A stretch of DNA of 64,000 bases from Gammaproteobacteria bacterium. Lineage in GTDB: Bacteria; Pseudomonadota; Gammaproteobacteria; Eutrophobiales; Eutrophobiaceae. The DNA lies in contig JAJDUB010000073.1 of NCBI GenBank assembly GCA_022826885.1, positions 65,388-129,387 of the forward strand, given 5' to 3'. The notes under the pieces are model-generated. The model made no database searches, was not told the origin of the DNA, and was given only the letters and a program-made list of their open reading frames with translations. Shown piece after piece: positions 41,420 through 50,702 of this stretch. A program made the translations under genes and the position numbers. Positions within the stretch are counted from its first letter, which is position 1. The number at the start of each line of letters is the position of its first letter.

Positions 41420-42724
41420 CTAACGTCCCACACAGTAATAGTCAAAACCTGCCGCTCGCATCGTATCCGGCTCATAGACGTTGCGCAGGTCAACGAATAC
41501 GTTGCCGCGCATTGCTTTTCTGATCCTGTCCAGGTCCATGCCCCGGTAGACATTCCATTCTGTCATCAATACGGCTGCGTCGGCCCCCAACAAGGCCGCA
41601 TAAATGTCGTCGAAATACAGTACGGAGTCGGGCAACAGCGCCCTGGCCTCCGGCATGGCCTGCGGATCATGTGCCTGTATCGTGGCGCCGTTGTCAATCA
41701 ACTTGGGCAGGATGGACAAGGCAGGCGCATCCCGCATGTCATCGGTTTCCGGTTTAAAGGCCAGGCCCAGTACGGCCAGTGTCCTGCCGTTCCCGCTGCC
41801 GCCCAGGGCTGTCCTTATCTTGCTGACCATGCGCGCCTTTTGTGCCTCATTCACCTCTATCACCGCCTCGACGATACGGCTGGTCACGTTGTTTTCCTGC
41901 GCGATCCTGACCAGCGCCCGGGTATCCTTGGGGAAACAGGAACCGCCGTAACCGGGGCCCGGGTGCAAAAACTTTCTGCCGATCCGCCCGTCAAGTCCTA
42001 TACCCCTGGCAACGGCGTGGACATCCGCGTTCACGGCTTCACACAACGCGGAGATCTCATTGATGAAACTGATCTTGGTGGCCAGGAACGCGTTGGCCGC
42101 GTATTTGATTAACTCGGCGCTTTCCAGGTCGGTCACCACCATGGGCGTTTCAATGAGATTGAGGGGGCGATACAGTTCGCGCAGCACCTGTTCGGCGCGT
42201 TTTGACTCAACGCCGATGACCACGCGGTCCGGGCGCATGAAATCAGCCAGCGCCGCGCCTTCCCGTAAAAACTCGGGATTGGAGGCAACGTCAAATTCGG
42301 CTCCCGGATTCACCTCCCCCACGATTCGCTTGACGTTACGCGCGGTACCCACGGGCACGGTGGACTTGTCCACTATCACCGTATAGCCTTCGAGATGCGG
42401 GGCAATGTCCCTCGCCGCCTGGTATACGTATTTTAAGTCTGCGTGACCGTCGCCGCGTCGGGCCGGTGTCCCGACCGCGATAAAGACCAGGTCACACTGC
42501 GCAATTGTTTCATCATAACCGGCGCGGAAGGACAACCTGCCCTGTGCCTTGTTCTTGTTTATCAGATCCGCCAGGCCCGGTTCATAGATGGGGACGACTC
42601 CCTCCCTGAGTTTATCGATCCTGGCGGAATCGATATCAATGCAGGTTACGCTGGCGCCGAATTCGGCAAAACAGGCGCTCGAGACCAGCCCGACGTAGCC
42701 TGCGCCCACCATCGTAACGTTCAT
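41420..42724 (-). CDS. ugd: UDP-glucose 6-dehydrogenase
   Basis: 434 aa with MVGAGYVGLVSSACFAEFG, PIYEPGL and the catalytic GGSCFPKD. Confidence 0.9.
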   Translation of the reverse strand: MNVTMVGAGYVGLVSSACFAEFGASVTCIDIDSARIDKLREGVVPIYEPGLADLINKNKAQGRLSFRAGYDETIAQCDLVFIAVGTPARRGDGHADLKYVYQAARDIAPHLEGYTVIVDKSTVPVGTARNVKRIVGEVNPGAEFDVASNPEFLREGAALADFMRPDRVVIGVESKRAEQVLRELYRPLNLIETPMVVTDLESAELIKYAANAFLATKISFINEISALCEAVNADVHAVARGIGLDGRIGRKFLHPGPGYGGSCFPKDTRALVRIAQENNVTSRIVEAVIEVNEAQKARMVSKIRTALGGSGNGRTLAVLGLAFKPETDDMRDAPALSILPKLIDNGATIQAHDPQAMPEARALLPDSVLYFDDIYAALLGADAAVLMTEWNVYRGMDLDRIRKAMRGNVFVDLRNVYEPDTMRAAGFDYYCVGR

Positions 42725-42750
42725 GACGGATTACTTCCGGATGTCAGCAT

Positions 42751-43761
42751 TTAACCCACCCTATAGTATCTTTTATACCAGTCAACGAACTGTTTTATCC
42801 CCTGCTCAAGTGAAACCCGGGAGACAAATTTAAATTCCCCAGCCAACCTGGACGAGTCGGATTCGGTGTTAAGCACGTCACCGGGTTGCGCCTCCACAAA
42901 CTCCAGAACAGCTTTTCTGCCGATCTCCGCCTCAAGCATTCTAATATAATCCATGAGGTTGACCGCGTCTTGATTCCCCACGTTGTAAATCCGGTATCTT
43001 GCCGGGCCGGTTGCCGGATCAGGCCGGGTCGCGTCCCAGCCTGCATCCACGCCGGGTGTGTGGTCCGTTATTCTTACCGTTGCCTCCGCCACGTCGTCGA
43101 TATAGGTAAAATCCCTCCGGTGCTCTCCCCGGTTGAATACCTGTATTGGTTCGCCCGCGTATATTTTTTCCGTAAACAGAATGGGGGACATGTCCGGCCT
43201 GCCCCAGGGACCGTAAACGGTAAAGTAGCGCAGCCCGGTCACGGGGATGTCATACAGGCGGCTGTAGCTGTGCGCCATCAATTCGTTGGCGCGCTTCGTC
43301 GCGCCGTAGAGGGAAACCGGGTGCACGGCCGGGTCCGTTTCCGAAAAAGGCAGCTTCTCATTGGCGCCGTACACCGAGCTGGACGAAGCGTACACCAGGT
43401 GTTCCACGCCGGTAGCGCGGCAGCCTTCCAGGATATTCAGGAAGCCCTCGATATTGGCGCTGATGTAGCTGTGGGGATGGGTAATGGAATGGCGCACGCC
43501 CGCCTGCGCGGCCAGGTGCGCCACGCGCCGGGGCGATACCTCCCGGAACAGGTCCGCCGTGCGCGCCGCGTCCGATATATCCACTTTCCTGAAACTGAAG
43601 TTGTCGAATTCCTCCAGTAAAACCAGCCTGTCCTGCTTCAAGCCGGGGTCGTAATAGTCATTCAGGTTATCGACCCCAACGATTTCATCACCCCGCTCCA
43701 GCAGCCGCCTGGACAATGCCGCGCCGATAAACCCGGCGCAACCGGTAACAAGGAATTCCAT
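42751..43761 (-). CDS. NAD-dependent UDP-glucuronate 4-epimerase-like SDR
   Basis: 336 aa with LVTGCAGFIGAAL, VGVDNLNDYYDPGLK, SSSSVYG and YGATKRANE (YxxxK). Its position directly upstream of ugd supports a UDP-GlcA to UDP-GalA role. Confidence 0.8.
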   Translation of the reverse strand: MEFLVTGCAGFIGAALSRRLLERGDEIVGVDNLNDYYDPGLKQDRLVLLEEFDNFSFRKVDISDAARTADLFREVSPRRVAHLAAQAGVRHSITHPHSYISANIEGFLNILEGCRATGVEHLVYASSSSVYGANEKLPFSETDPAVHPVSLYGATKRANELMAHSYSRLYDIPVTGLRYFTVYGPWGRPDMSPILFTEKIYAGEPIQVFNRGEHRRDFTYIDDVAEATVRITDHTPGVDAGWDATRPDPATGPARYRIYNVGNQDAVNLMDYIRMLEAEIGRKAVLEFVEAQPGDVLNTESDSSRLAGEFKFVSRVSLEQGIKQFVDWYKRYYRVG

Positions 43762-43922
43762 ACTTATTCAAATAAACAGGATGAACATATACTCGACGGA
43801 TAAGTGTAATATGTTACAGGAAAACACTGGCGCCTACATTGAAGAGACTGCCGTATGTCAGACAGGGCTGATTTCATATATGCGCGCTTGATTGGTTTTA
43901 CATATCAATTGGAGAACATCAC

Positions 43923-46900
43923 TTGGCGATTATCAGAGAAGATAACGGGGATGCGAGAGCCGATGATTCAACCCAGTACTCGATAGCGCCCGGCGATGTT
44001 TTTCAGGGAACGCTCGATACCGCCGGCGATACCGACTGGATTAAAATCGAGCTCAGCGCCGGTACGATTTACGACATCAGCTTGGACGAAGTGGAGTCAG
44101 ACCAGTTCAGGCTTTTTAATCCAAATGGGGGTGGTGGCATATATGGCCCCTACCTGTTACCCTACAGTACTCTCTTCAGAGCACCAGACAGTGGCACATA
44201 TTACATCGCTATAGCCAGGACCAATTATGATGACTCTGATAATTACGAGATATCATTCCTCGAGCATCCGCTTTCAATAGCCAGCTACGATGAGATCGCC
44301 AGCTATCTTAAACGCAGCCCGGATGAAAGTTATATATACGATGTTGCGCCCGGCGGTACCCTGACTGCCAATGTCACTGCCCTGACCGAAGACGGGCAAC
44401 AACTTGCCCGGTGGGCGCTTGACGCCTGGACCGATGTAACCGGGATTGAATTCGAATTTGTCGATAATAACGCAAATATTTCTTTTGACGATGATGATTT
44501 AGGGAGTGCTTACAGCTCCTACACTGCAGTAGGCGGAATAAAAGTTTCTTCTCACATCAATGTCGGAGCAGACTGGCTGACCACATACGGATCCGGTATC
44601 GATAGCTTTACCTTCTATGCCTACCTTCATGAGATAGGTCATGCCCTGGGCCTTAACCATCCGGGCCCCTACGATGGGCGATTTCCAGACTCTATTGACA
44701 AGATATTCGGCAACGACTCCTACCAGACGACGGTGATGTCATACTTCAGACAGGATAGTGATAACTTCACCGAAGCCAGTTTCGCTATTCCCGTCACACC
44801 GATGATCGCGGATATTATCGCAATCCAGGATTTATACGGCACTCCGGTAGATATAAACCCCGGTAATACCCTGCATGGGCACGGCTCCAATGTTGAAGGC
44901 TATATGGCTGAATTGTTCGAGAGGTGGACCGGCCAGGGGGATTCATCTTTCGGCAATCCGGTCACATTGACCCTGTATGACAGCGGTGGTATTGACACCC
45001 TGGATCTGAGCACGGACAGTTCCAATCAGCGGGTTGACCTGCGCCCGGAAGGGATCTCCGACGTGTACGGACTGGTCGGCAACCTCATCATTGCGCGGGA
45101 TACGTTGATCGAGAACTTCATCGCCGGTTCCGGGGACGACGTAGTTACCGGCAACGATGAAGCGAATTATCTGCAGGGACGGGGCGGCAACGACGAGTTA
45201 CAAGGTAATGGCGGAAATGATGTGTTGGAAGGCGGCGCCGGCGCCGATCGGCATGAGGGTGGCGCCGGAATGGACTGGGTATCCTACCAGAAATCGAATA
45301 CCGCTGTGACAATCAACCTTGCACAGGGAACGCTGAGGGGAGGTCATGCCGAGGGCGATGTCATTATTGATATCGAAAATGTAATTGGTTCGGATTACGG
45401 CGATGTCCTGGAGGGTGACAGTGGCGCCAACTGGTTCGACGGTGGCCCGGGCAACGATGAGATTTCGGGAAATGGCGGGAATGACGTGCTGGAGGGAAGC
45501 GCGGGAGCGGACCGTCTTAGCGGTGGCGCCGGTGAAGATGTCGCCTCCTACGAGCAATCAGACGCCGCGGTGACAGTCCGTCTCCACTCGGGAGTGGTCC
45601 GGGGTGGCGACGCCGAAGGCGATACGTTCGGAGCGATGGTTACTGTCGGATATACCGACAGCAACGGCGAGGTACAGCAGGAGACCGTCCCCGATATAGA
45701 ACATATCCGCGGCTCTGCATTTGCCGACCTCCTGGCCGGAGACAGCCGCGCCAACCGGCTGGAGGGGGGCGACGGCGCCGACCGGCTGTACGGCGGGCCG
45801 GGCGGTGGCGATGACGAACTTTGGGGCGGCGACGGCGAAGATGCCCTGTTTGGCGGCAGCGGTAACGACGTGCTGGAAGGCGGGCCGGATGCGGACACGC
45901 TCAAGGGTGGATCCGGCGCCGACACGGCCTCTTACGCGCAATCGGATGCCGGGGTGACAGTGCGTCTGTATGATGGCACAGTGCGGGGAGGTCACGCCGA
46001 GGGTGACGACATTGCTGACATTGAGAACGTGAGAGGGTCTGCTCACGCGGATATATTGGAGGGCGATGAAAGCGCCAACCGCCTGGACGGCGCTGATGGT
46101 GCAGATGAGCTTTGGGGCAATGACGGTAATGACATGCTTGACGGGGGCGACGGGGACGACTTACTGGAGGGAGGCGCCGGGTCGGACCGCCTGGACGGGG
46201 GTACCGGGGTTGACTGGCTGTCTTATGCAGGGTCGGATGGGCCGGTGTCGGTAAGGCTCTATGACGGGTATGCCGCGCGCGGCCATGCCGAAGGCGACAT
46301 CATCAGCGGTTTCGAGAACCTGCGAGGCTCCGATTACTCGGATGCCCTGTCGGGGAGTGGCAGGGCAAACCGGCTGGAGGGCGGCGCCGGGGACGACCAG
46401 ATGTGGGGTGGCAGTGGCGATGACGTGCTGGAAGGCGGCGCCGGAGCAGACCGCCTGCACGGTGGATCGGGTGCAGACACAGTGGTCTATTGGAAATCAG
46501 ATGCTGCCATAACAATAAACCTGGAAGGAGGTACCGGCATGGGGGGTCATGCCGAGGGCGACACTATCGCTGAAGTTGAGAACGTGGAAGGCTCGGACCA
46601 TAACGATGTGCTGGAAGGCAATGGCGGTATCAACCTGCTGTATGGCGGTGCAGGCAACGATGAATTGCGCGGCGCCGGAGGTGACGACATACTTGAGGGT
46701 GGCGCCGGCGCTGATCGCCTGGAAGGTGGCGCCGGTATTGACTCGGCAATCTATCAGAGTTCTAACGAGGCAGTAACTGTAAACATCAGCGACGGCACGG
46801 CAACGGGAGGTCACGCAGAAGGCGATGTAATTCTCGGCGTTGAAATAATCATCGGCTCAGAATATGGCGATACCCTGATCGGGGGGGACGGAACTGACCG

Positions 46901-48266
46901 GCTTGATGGCGATGGTGGTGACGACATTCTGGAAGGTGGAGCCGGCGCCGACCGGCTGGAGGGCGGCGCCGGCATGGATACGGCAGTCTATCGGAATTCG
47001 AATGCAGCGATCACGGTTAATCTCGGCAACGGCACACTGATGGGAGGCCATGCCGAGGGTGATGTAATAATCAATATCGAGGGTATAGAAGGATCCGCTT
47101 ACGACGATGAGTTGACAGGCGATAACGGTCCCAACAGGCTGGAGGGCGGCGATGGTGACGATGAACTCAGGGGAGGTGACGGTAACGACCAGCTCCTTGG
47201 TGGCGGCGGTAACGACCTGCTGGAGGGAGGGGAGGATATAGATTTACTGGACGGCGGGCCGGGTACAGACACCGTGTCTTATGAAAATTCAACATTATCG
47301 GTAGATGTATCTCTGCTGTTTAACGGAGCTTCGACATTCAACTACAACGACGGGGAGGAACTTATCGACATTGAAAACGTAATCGGGTCTGATTACGGGG
47401 ATATTCTACGGGGTGATAGCGGTATCAATGAAATATATGGGGGCGGGGGTAACGATAACATTAACGGCCTCGCCGGTGATGACAGGCTTTTCGGTGAAGC
47501 CGGCGATGACCAGCTATGGGGACAGGCCGGCGCAGACCAGTTGCACGGCGGAGAGGGCGTAGATACGGTGGTGTATTGGTTTTCTGACGAAGCGGTGACG
47601 GTGAATCTCAAGGACGGCACGGCTCAGGGAGGTCACGCCGATGGTGATGTGCTTGTGGGTATCGAGAACCTGTGGGGGTCCGAGCATGATGACATATTGA
47701 CTGGCGACCATGGCGCCAACCGCCTGATTGCAGAACTCGGAAACAACGAATTCTACGGCAACGGTGGAGATGATGTGCTGGAAAGCGGCGCCGGCGCCGA
47801 CCTGCTGGACGGTGGTGAGGGCATGGATACGTTATCCTATAAGAGGTCAAGTGAAGGCGTGACGGTGAGCCTGTTGGAAGGCACCGCAGTGGGAGGTCAT
47901 GCGGAGGGTGATGTCTTTGTCAACGTTGAAAACATGGAAGGGTCTTTCCACGATGATGTACTGGTGGGTGATGACAAAGCTAACCGGCTATCGGGCTGGG
48001 TCGGTAACGACGAACTGGAAGGCGGAGAAGGCGCTGACCATTTCATATTCTCGTCCGGCAATAAAAACAGCACCATTCTGGATTTTACCGACAATGAGGA
48101 CTTGATAGACCTTACGGCCTTCCGGAATATTTCCGGCTTTGATAATCTCACCATAACATCTGACTCGGACGGCGTCACCATAAACCTGAGGGCCTACCGG
48201 GGGGGAACCATCCTGCTCGAGGGCTTCGACATCGCCAACCTCGACGCCTCCGACTTCATTTTCTGA
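43923..48266 (+). CDS. giant serralysin-type (M10B metzincin) zinc metalloprotease with about 1000 aa of RTX repeats and a C-terminal T1SS-type tail
   Basis: 1447 aa. It starts at TTG, preceded by GGAG. HEIGHALGLNH (44628-44660) and the Met-turn VMSYF mark the protease. From about 45135 to 48080 there are dozens of GGxGxDxL nonapeptides arranged in about ten larger units containing GGHAEGD.I..IEN..GS. The tail is ..ILLEGFDIANLDASDFIF. Confidence 0.88.
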   Translation: MAIIREDNGDARADDSTQYSIAPGDVFQGTLDTAGDTDWIKIELSAGTIYDISLDEVESDQFRLFNPNGGGGIYGPYLLPYSTLFRAPDSGTYYIAIARTNYDDSDNYEISFLEHPLSIASYDEIASYLKRSPDESYIYDVAPGGTLTANVTALTEDGQQLARWALDAWTDVTGIEFEFVDNNANISFDDDDLGSAYSSYTAVGGIKVSSHINVGADWLTTYGSGIDSFTFYAYLHEIGHALGLNHPGPYDGRFPDSIDKIFGNDSYQTTVMSYFRQDSDNFTEASFAIPVTPMIADIIAIQDLYGTPVDINPGNTLHGHGSNVEGYMAELFERWTGQGDSSFGNPVTLTLYDSGGIDTLDLSTDSSNQRVDLRPEGISDVYGLVGNLIIARDTLIENFIAGSGDDVVTGNDEANYLQGRGGNDELQGNGGNDVLEGGAGADRHEGGAGMDWVSYQKSNTAVTINLAQGTLRGGHAEGDVIIDIENVIGSDYGDVLEGDSGANWFDGGPGNDEISGNGGNDVLEGSAGADRLSGGAGEDVASYEQSDAAVTVRLHSGVVRGGDAEGDTFGAMVTVGYTDSNGEVQQETVPDIEHIRGSAFADLLAGDSRANRLEGGDGADRLYGGPGGGDDELWGGDGEDALFGGSGNDVLEGGPDADTLKGGSGADTASYAQSDAGVTVRLYDGTVRGGHAEGDDIADIENVRGSAHADILEGDESANRLDGADGADELWGNDGNDMLDGGDGDDLLEGGAGSDRLDGGTGVDWLSYAGSDGPVSVRLYDGYAARGHAEGDIISGFENLRGSDYSDALSGSGRANRLEGGAGDDQMWGGSGDDVLEGGAGADRLHGGSGADTVVYWKSDAAITINLEGGTGMGGHAEGDTIAEVENVEGSDHNDVLEGNGGINLLYGGAGNDELRGAGGDDILEGGAGADRLEGGAGIDSAIYQSSNEAVTVNISDGTATGGHAEGDVILGVEIIIGSEYGDTLIGGDGTDRLDGDGGDDILEGGAGADRLEGGAGMDTAVYRNSNAAITVNLGNGTLMGGHAEGDVIINIEGIEGSAYDDELTGDNGPNRLEGGDGDDELRGGDGNDQLLGGGGNDLLEGGEDIDLLDGGPGTDTVSYENSTLSVDVSLLFNGASTFNYNDGEELIDIENVIGSDYGDILRGDSGINEIYGGGGNDNINGLAGDDRLFGEAGDDQLWGQAGADQLHGGEGVDTVVYWFSDEAVTVNLKDGTAQGGHADGDVLVGIENLWGSEHDDILTGDHGANRLIAELGNNEFYGNGGDDVLESGAGADLLDGGEGMDTLSYKRSSEGVTVSLLEGTAVGGHAEGDVFVNVENMEGSFHDDVLVGDDKANRLSGWVGNDELEGGEGADHFIFSSGNKNSTILDFTDNEDLIDLTAFRNISGFDNLTITSDSDGVTINLRAYRGGTILLEGFDIANLDASDFIF

Positions 48267-48279
48267 TCATCTTGTCTCC

Positions 48280-48744
48280 ATGCATTGCAGACGCCTGGCA
48301 GCGCTGTTGATCTTCGGCACAGCCGTATCCGCGGCCCATGCCGACAAGACGCCGCTCCTGCTGTCCTGCCACGGCATACCCAAAACCGATGCGGCCGTTG
48401 TCGCCACTCTGTGCGATGCGCTGGCAACCGAACTGGACAAACGTAAACCGGGCCGCGTGGTCCGGCGCAGCGTAGCGCCGGACCCTCTCCCCAAGCGGGC
48501 CTGGGACGTAGTGCTTGAAGTCACCCGCACCGAAGACTACCACTGGGAAGCGCGCCTGGTATGGGCAAAGACCCGCCGCAAGGGTGACGCCGAACGCACC
48601 ACCGGGCCGGACGTCGAGATCTTCGGCATGGACGCGCCGCTGGGCCGGGGGGCTTACCCACATTTCATCCGCAGTTTGTTGAAAGTGAGCAAGCCGGAAT
48701 TTCTGGCGTCCCCTAGGGGAGTCGAACCCCTGTTGCCGCCGTGA
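48280..48744 (+). CDS. hypothetical secreted protein
   Basis: 154 aa with a signal-peptide-like N-terminus (MHCRRLAALLIFGTAVSAAHA). The last ~41 nt overlap tRNA-Glu on the opposite strand, so the 3' end is questionable. Confidence 0.4.
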   Translation: MHCRRLAALLIFGTAVSAAHADKTPLLLSCHGIPKTDAAVVATLCDALATELDKRKPGRVVRRSVAPDPLPKRAWDVVLEVTRTEDYHWEARLVWAKTRRKGDAERTTGPDVEIFGMDAPLGRGAYPHFIRSLLKVSKPEFLASPRGVEPLLPP

Positions 48745-48779
48745 AAGGGCGGTGTCCTAGGCCTCTAGACGAAGGGGAC
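48704..48779 (-). tRNA. tRNA-Glu (anticodon UUC)
   Basis: The reverse complement GTCCCCTTCGTCTAGAGGCCTAGGACACCGCCCTTTCACGGCGGCAACAGGGGTTCGACTCCCCTAGGGGACGCCA is nearly identical to the well-known enterobacterial tRNA-Glu. Confidence 0.95.
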
Positions 48780-48790
48780 AGGTGAGATCC

Positions 48791-48866
<76 letters not shown>

Positions 48867-48884
48867 TTTACGACCCGGGTTGTA

Positions 48885-49079
48885 TCACTGCGTCCTGCCG
48901 GTAACCGATACCTGAAATAAATCTTTCAGTACGTCGATTGATCCCTCAAGCCTTGCCATGTGTTCACGAAGATCCGCTATATGATTGTCGATCTTCGACA
49001 GTCTGGGTATGATAAGACCGGTCATGGCAATGCCCGTCCCCACAATGGTGAATACGATGGTAATAAGTTCGTAGTTCAT
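48885..49079 (-). CDS. small membrane protein (hypothetical)
   Basis: 64 aa with one N-terminal TM helix (LITIVFTIVGTGIAMTGLII) followed by a short amphipathic helix. It lies between gltX and the tRNA pair. No homolog recognised. Confidence 0.35.
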   Translation of the reverse strand: MNYELITIVFTIVGTGIAMTGLIIPRLSKIDNHIADLREHMARLEGSIDVLKDLFQVSVTGRTQ

Positions 49080-49210
49080 GATGCCACCTCCTGTATGCGT
49101 TGTGATGTAAAACCGGGTATATCAAGAACAACAGCCGCTATTCTACACTGTGACGTGATGTTGTCAAGCCGGCTTTTGTCCGGCTGATACCAGGTCAGGG
49201 ATACCCCGTA

Positions 49211-50635
49211 TCACTCCTGCGCAGCAACTCTGCGCTCAATCAGTTCCAGCGCGCGCGCCAGCCGGGACAGGGTCCTGTCGCGGCCCAGCAACTCCAGGGT
49301 AACGTCGATGGAGGGCGAGACCGCGCCGCCCGTTACCGCCACCCGCAGGGGCTGGGCGATCTTGCCGAACTTGATGGCCTGTTGCTCCGCCGCGGCATCT
49401 ATGGCGGCATGAATCGATTCCCTGTCCCAGGCATCCAACCCGGCCAGTGTCTCCCTCACCTGCCGTAGAGGCTCCAGCGCCACGGGACGCAGGTGCTTTT
49501 TCGCGGCGGTCTCATCGTATTCAGCAAACTCCTCGTAGAACAAACGGCTCTGATCGGCCATCTCCACTATTGTCTTCACGCGCTCCTTCTGTACCCCGGC
49601 CACTTCCTTTAGATCGGGCGCGCCGGTTACGTCAACACCTAGCTCAACCAGTTTTCTTTTAAGCAGGCAGGCAATCCGTTCCGCCTTGCTTTCCCTCAGA
49701 TAATGCTGGTTCAGCCAGGTCAGCTTGTCCGGGTTCAGCGCGGCCGCGGCCTTGTTGGCCCGGGCAATATCGAACAGTTCGGTCATCTCGCCAGTGCTGA
49801 AGATCTCCTGGTCGCCATGGGACCAGCCCAGCCGCACCAGGTAATTCAGCAGGGCTTCCGGCAGGTAGCCCTGTTCCCGGTATTCCAGCACACTCGCGGC
49901 GCCGTGGCGCTTGGAGAGTTTCTTGCCCTCCGGGTCCAGGATCAGGGGGAGATGGGCATACTTCGGCGCGTCATGGTCCAGGGCATTGAAAATGTTGATC
50001 TGCCTGGGCGTATTGTTGAGGTGGTCGTCCCCGCGCACTACATGGGTAATGCCCATATCGGCATCATCCACCACCACGGTCAGGTTGTAGGTCGGGGAAC
50101 CGTCGGAACGGGCAATGATCAAATCGTCCAGTTCCCGGTTGCTGATCACTACCCGGCCCTGGATGAGATCGTCGATGACCACGTCGCCGTCCAGCGGGTT
50201 TTTGAACCGCACCACCGGCGTATCGCCCTCCGCAGGCCGCCTTCCTAGGTCCCGGTATTTCCCGTTATACCTGGGTTTCTCGCCCCTGCTCATGGCCTCT
50301 TTGCGCATGGCTTCCAGTTCTTCCGGGGTGCAATAACAATAGTACGCCAGGTCCCGCTCCAGCAGTTCCCGGATCACCGCTTCATATTTTTCCGTGCGCT
50401 GCGACTGGTAGACGATGTCCCGATCATGGTCCAGTCCCAGCCATTCCATGCCTTCCAGGATTACGTTCAAAGCCGCTTCCGTGGATCTCTCCCGGTCGGT
50501 GTCTTCAATCCTCAGCAGGAACTCGCCGTTATGGCGCCGGGCGAACAGCCAGGAAAACAGGGCCGTGCGGATGCCGCCGATGTGCAGGAAACCGGTGGGG
50601 CTGGGCGCAAAACGGGTGATAACTTTACCGGTCAT
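49211..50635 (-). CDS. gltX: glutamate--tRNA ligase
   Basis: 474 aa with RFAPSPTGFLHIGG (HIGH), RIEDTD and KLSKRHG (KMSKS). Confidence 0.96.
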   Translation of the reverse strand: MTGKVITRFAPSPTGFLHIGGIRTALFSWLFARRHNGEFLLRIEDTDRERSTEAALNVILEGMEWLGLDHDRDIVYQSQRTEKYEAVIRELLERDLAYYCYCTPEELEAMRKEAMSRGEKPRYNGKYRDLGRRPAEGDTPVVRFKNPLDGDVVIDDLIQGRVVISNRELDDLIIARSDGSPTYNLTVVVDDADMGITHVVRGDDHLNNTPRQINIFNALDHDAPKYAHLPLILDPEGKKLSKRHGAASVLEYREQGYLPEALLNYLVRLGWSHGDQEIFSTGEMTELFDIARANKAAAALNPDKLTWLNQHYLRESKAERIACLLKRKLVELGVDVTGAPDLKEVAGVQKERVKTIVEMADQSRLFYEEFAEYDETAAKKHLRPVALEPLRQVRETLAGLDAWDRESIHAAIDAAAEQQAIKFGKIAQPLRVAVTGGAVSPSIDVTLELLGRDRTLSRLARALELIERRVAAQE

Positions 50636-50656
50636 TGACGTGCAACCGGAGACCTT

Positions 50657-50680
50657 GGGGACGGACTTAAGTCCGTCCCC
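50657..50680. repeat. REP-like perfect palindrome GGGGACGGACTTAAGTCCGTCCCC
   Basis: It has the same arms as the 14138 copy. The central T>C and A>G changes are compensatory and keep the palindrome perfect. Confidence 0.7.
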
Positions 50681-50702
50681 GGCTGGTGTCGGACGCGCGG
50701 GA

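Noticed and set aside
45135-48080. Numerous minus-strand and alternate-frame ORFs within the RTX gene (for example 45548-45925 and 45558-46046).
   Set aside because: They are by-products of the repetitive GGC/GAC-rich coding sequence of the RTX repeats. The 1447-aa frame carries all recognisable motifs.
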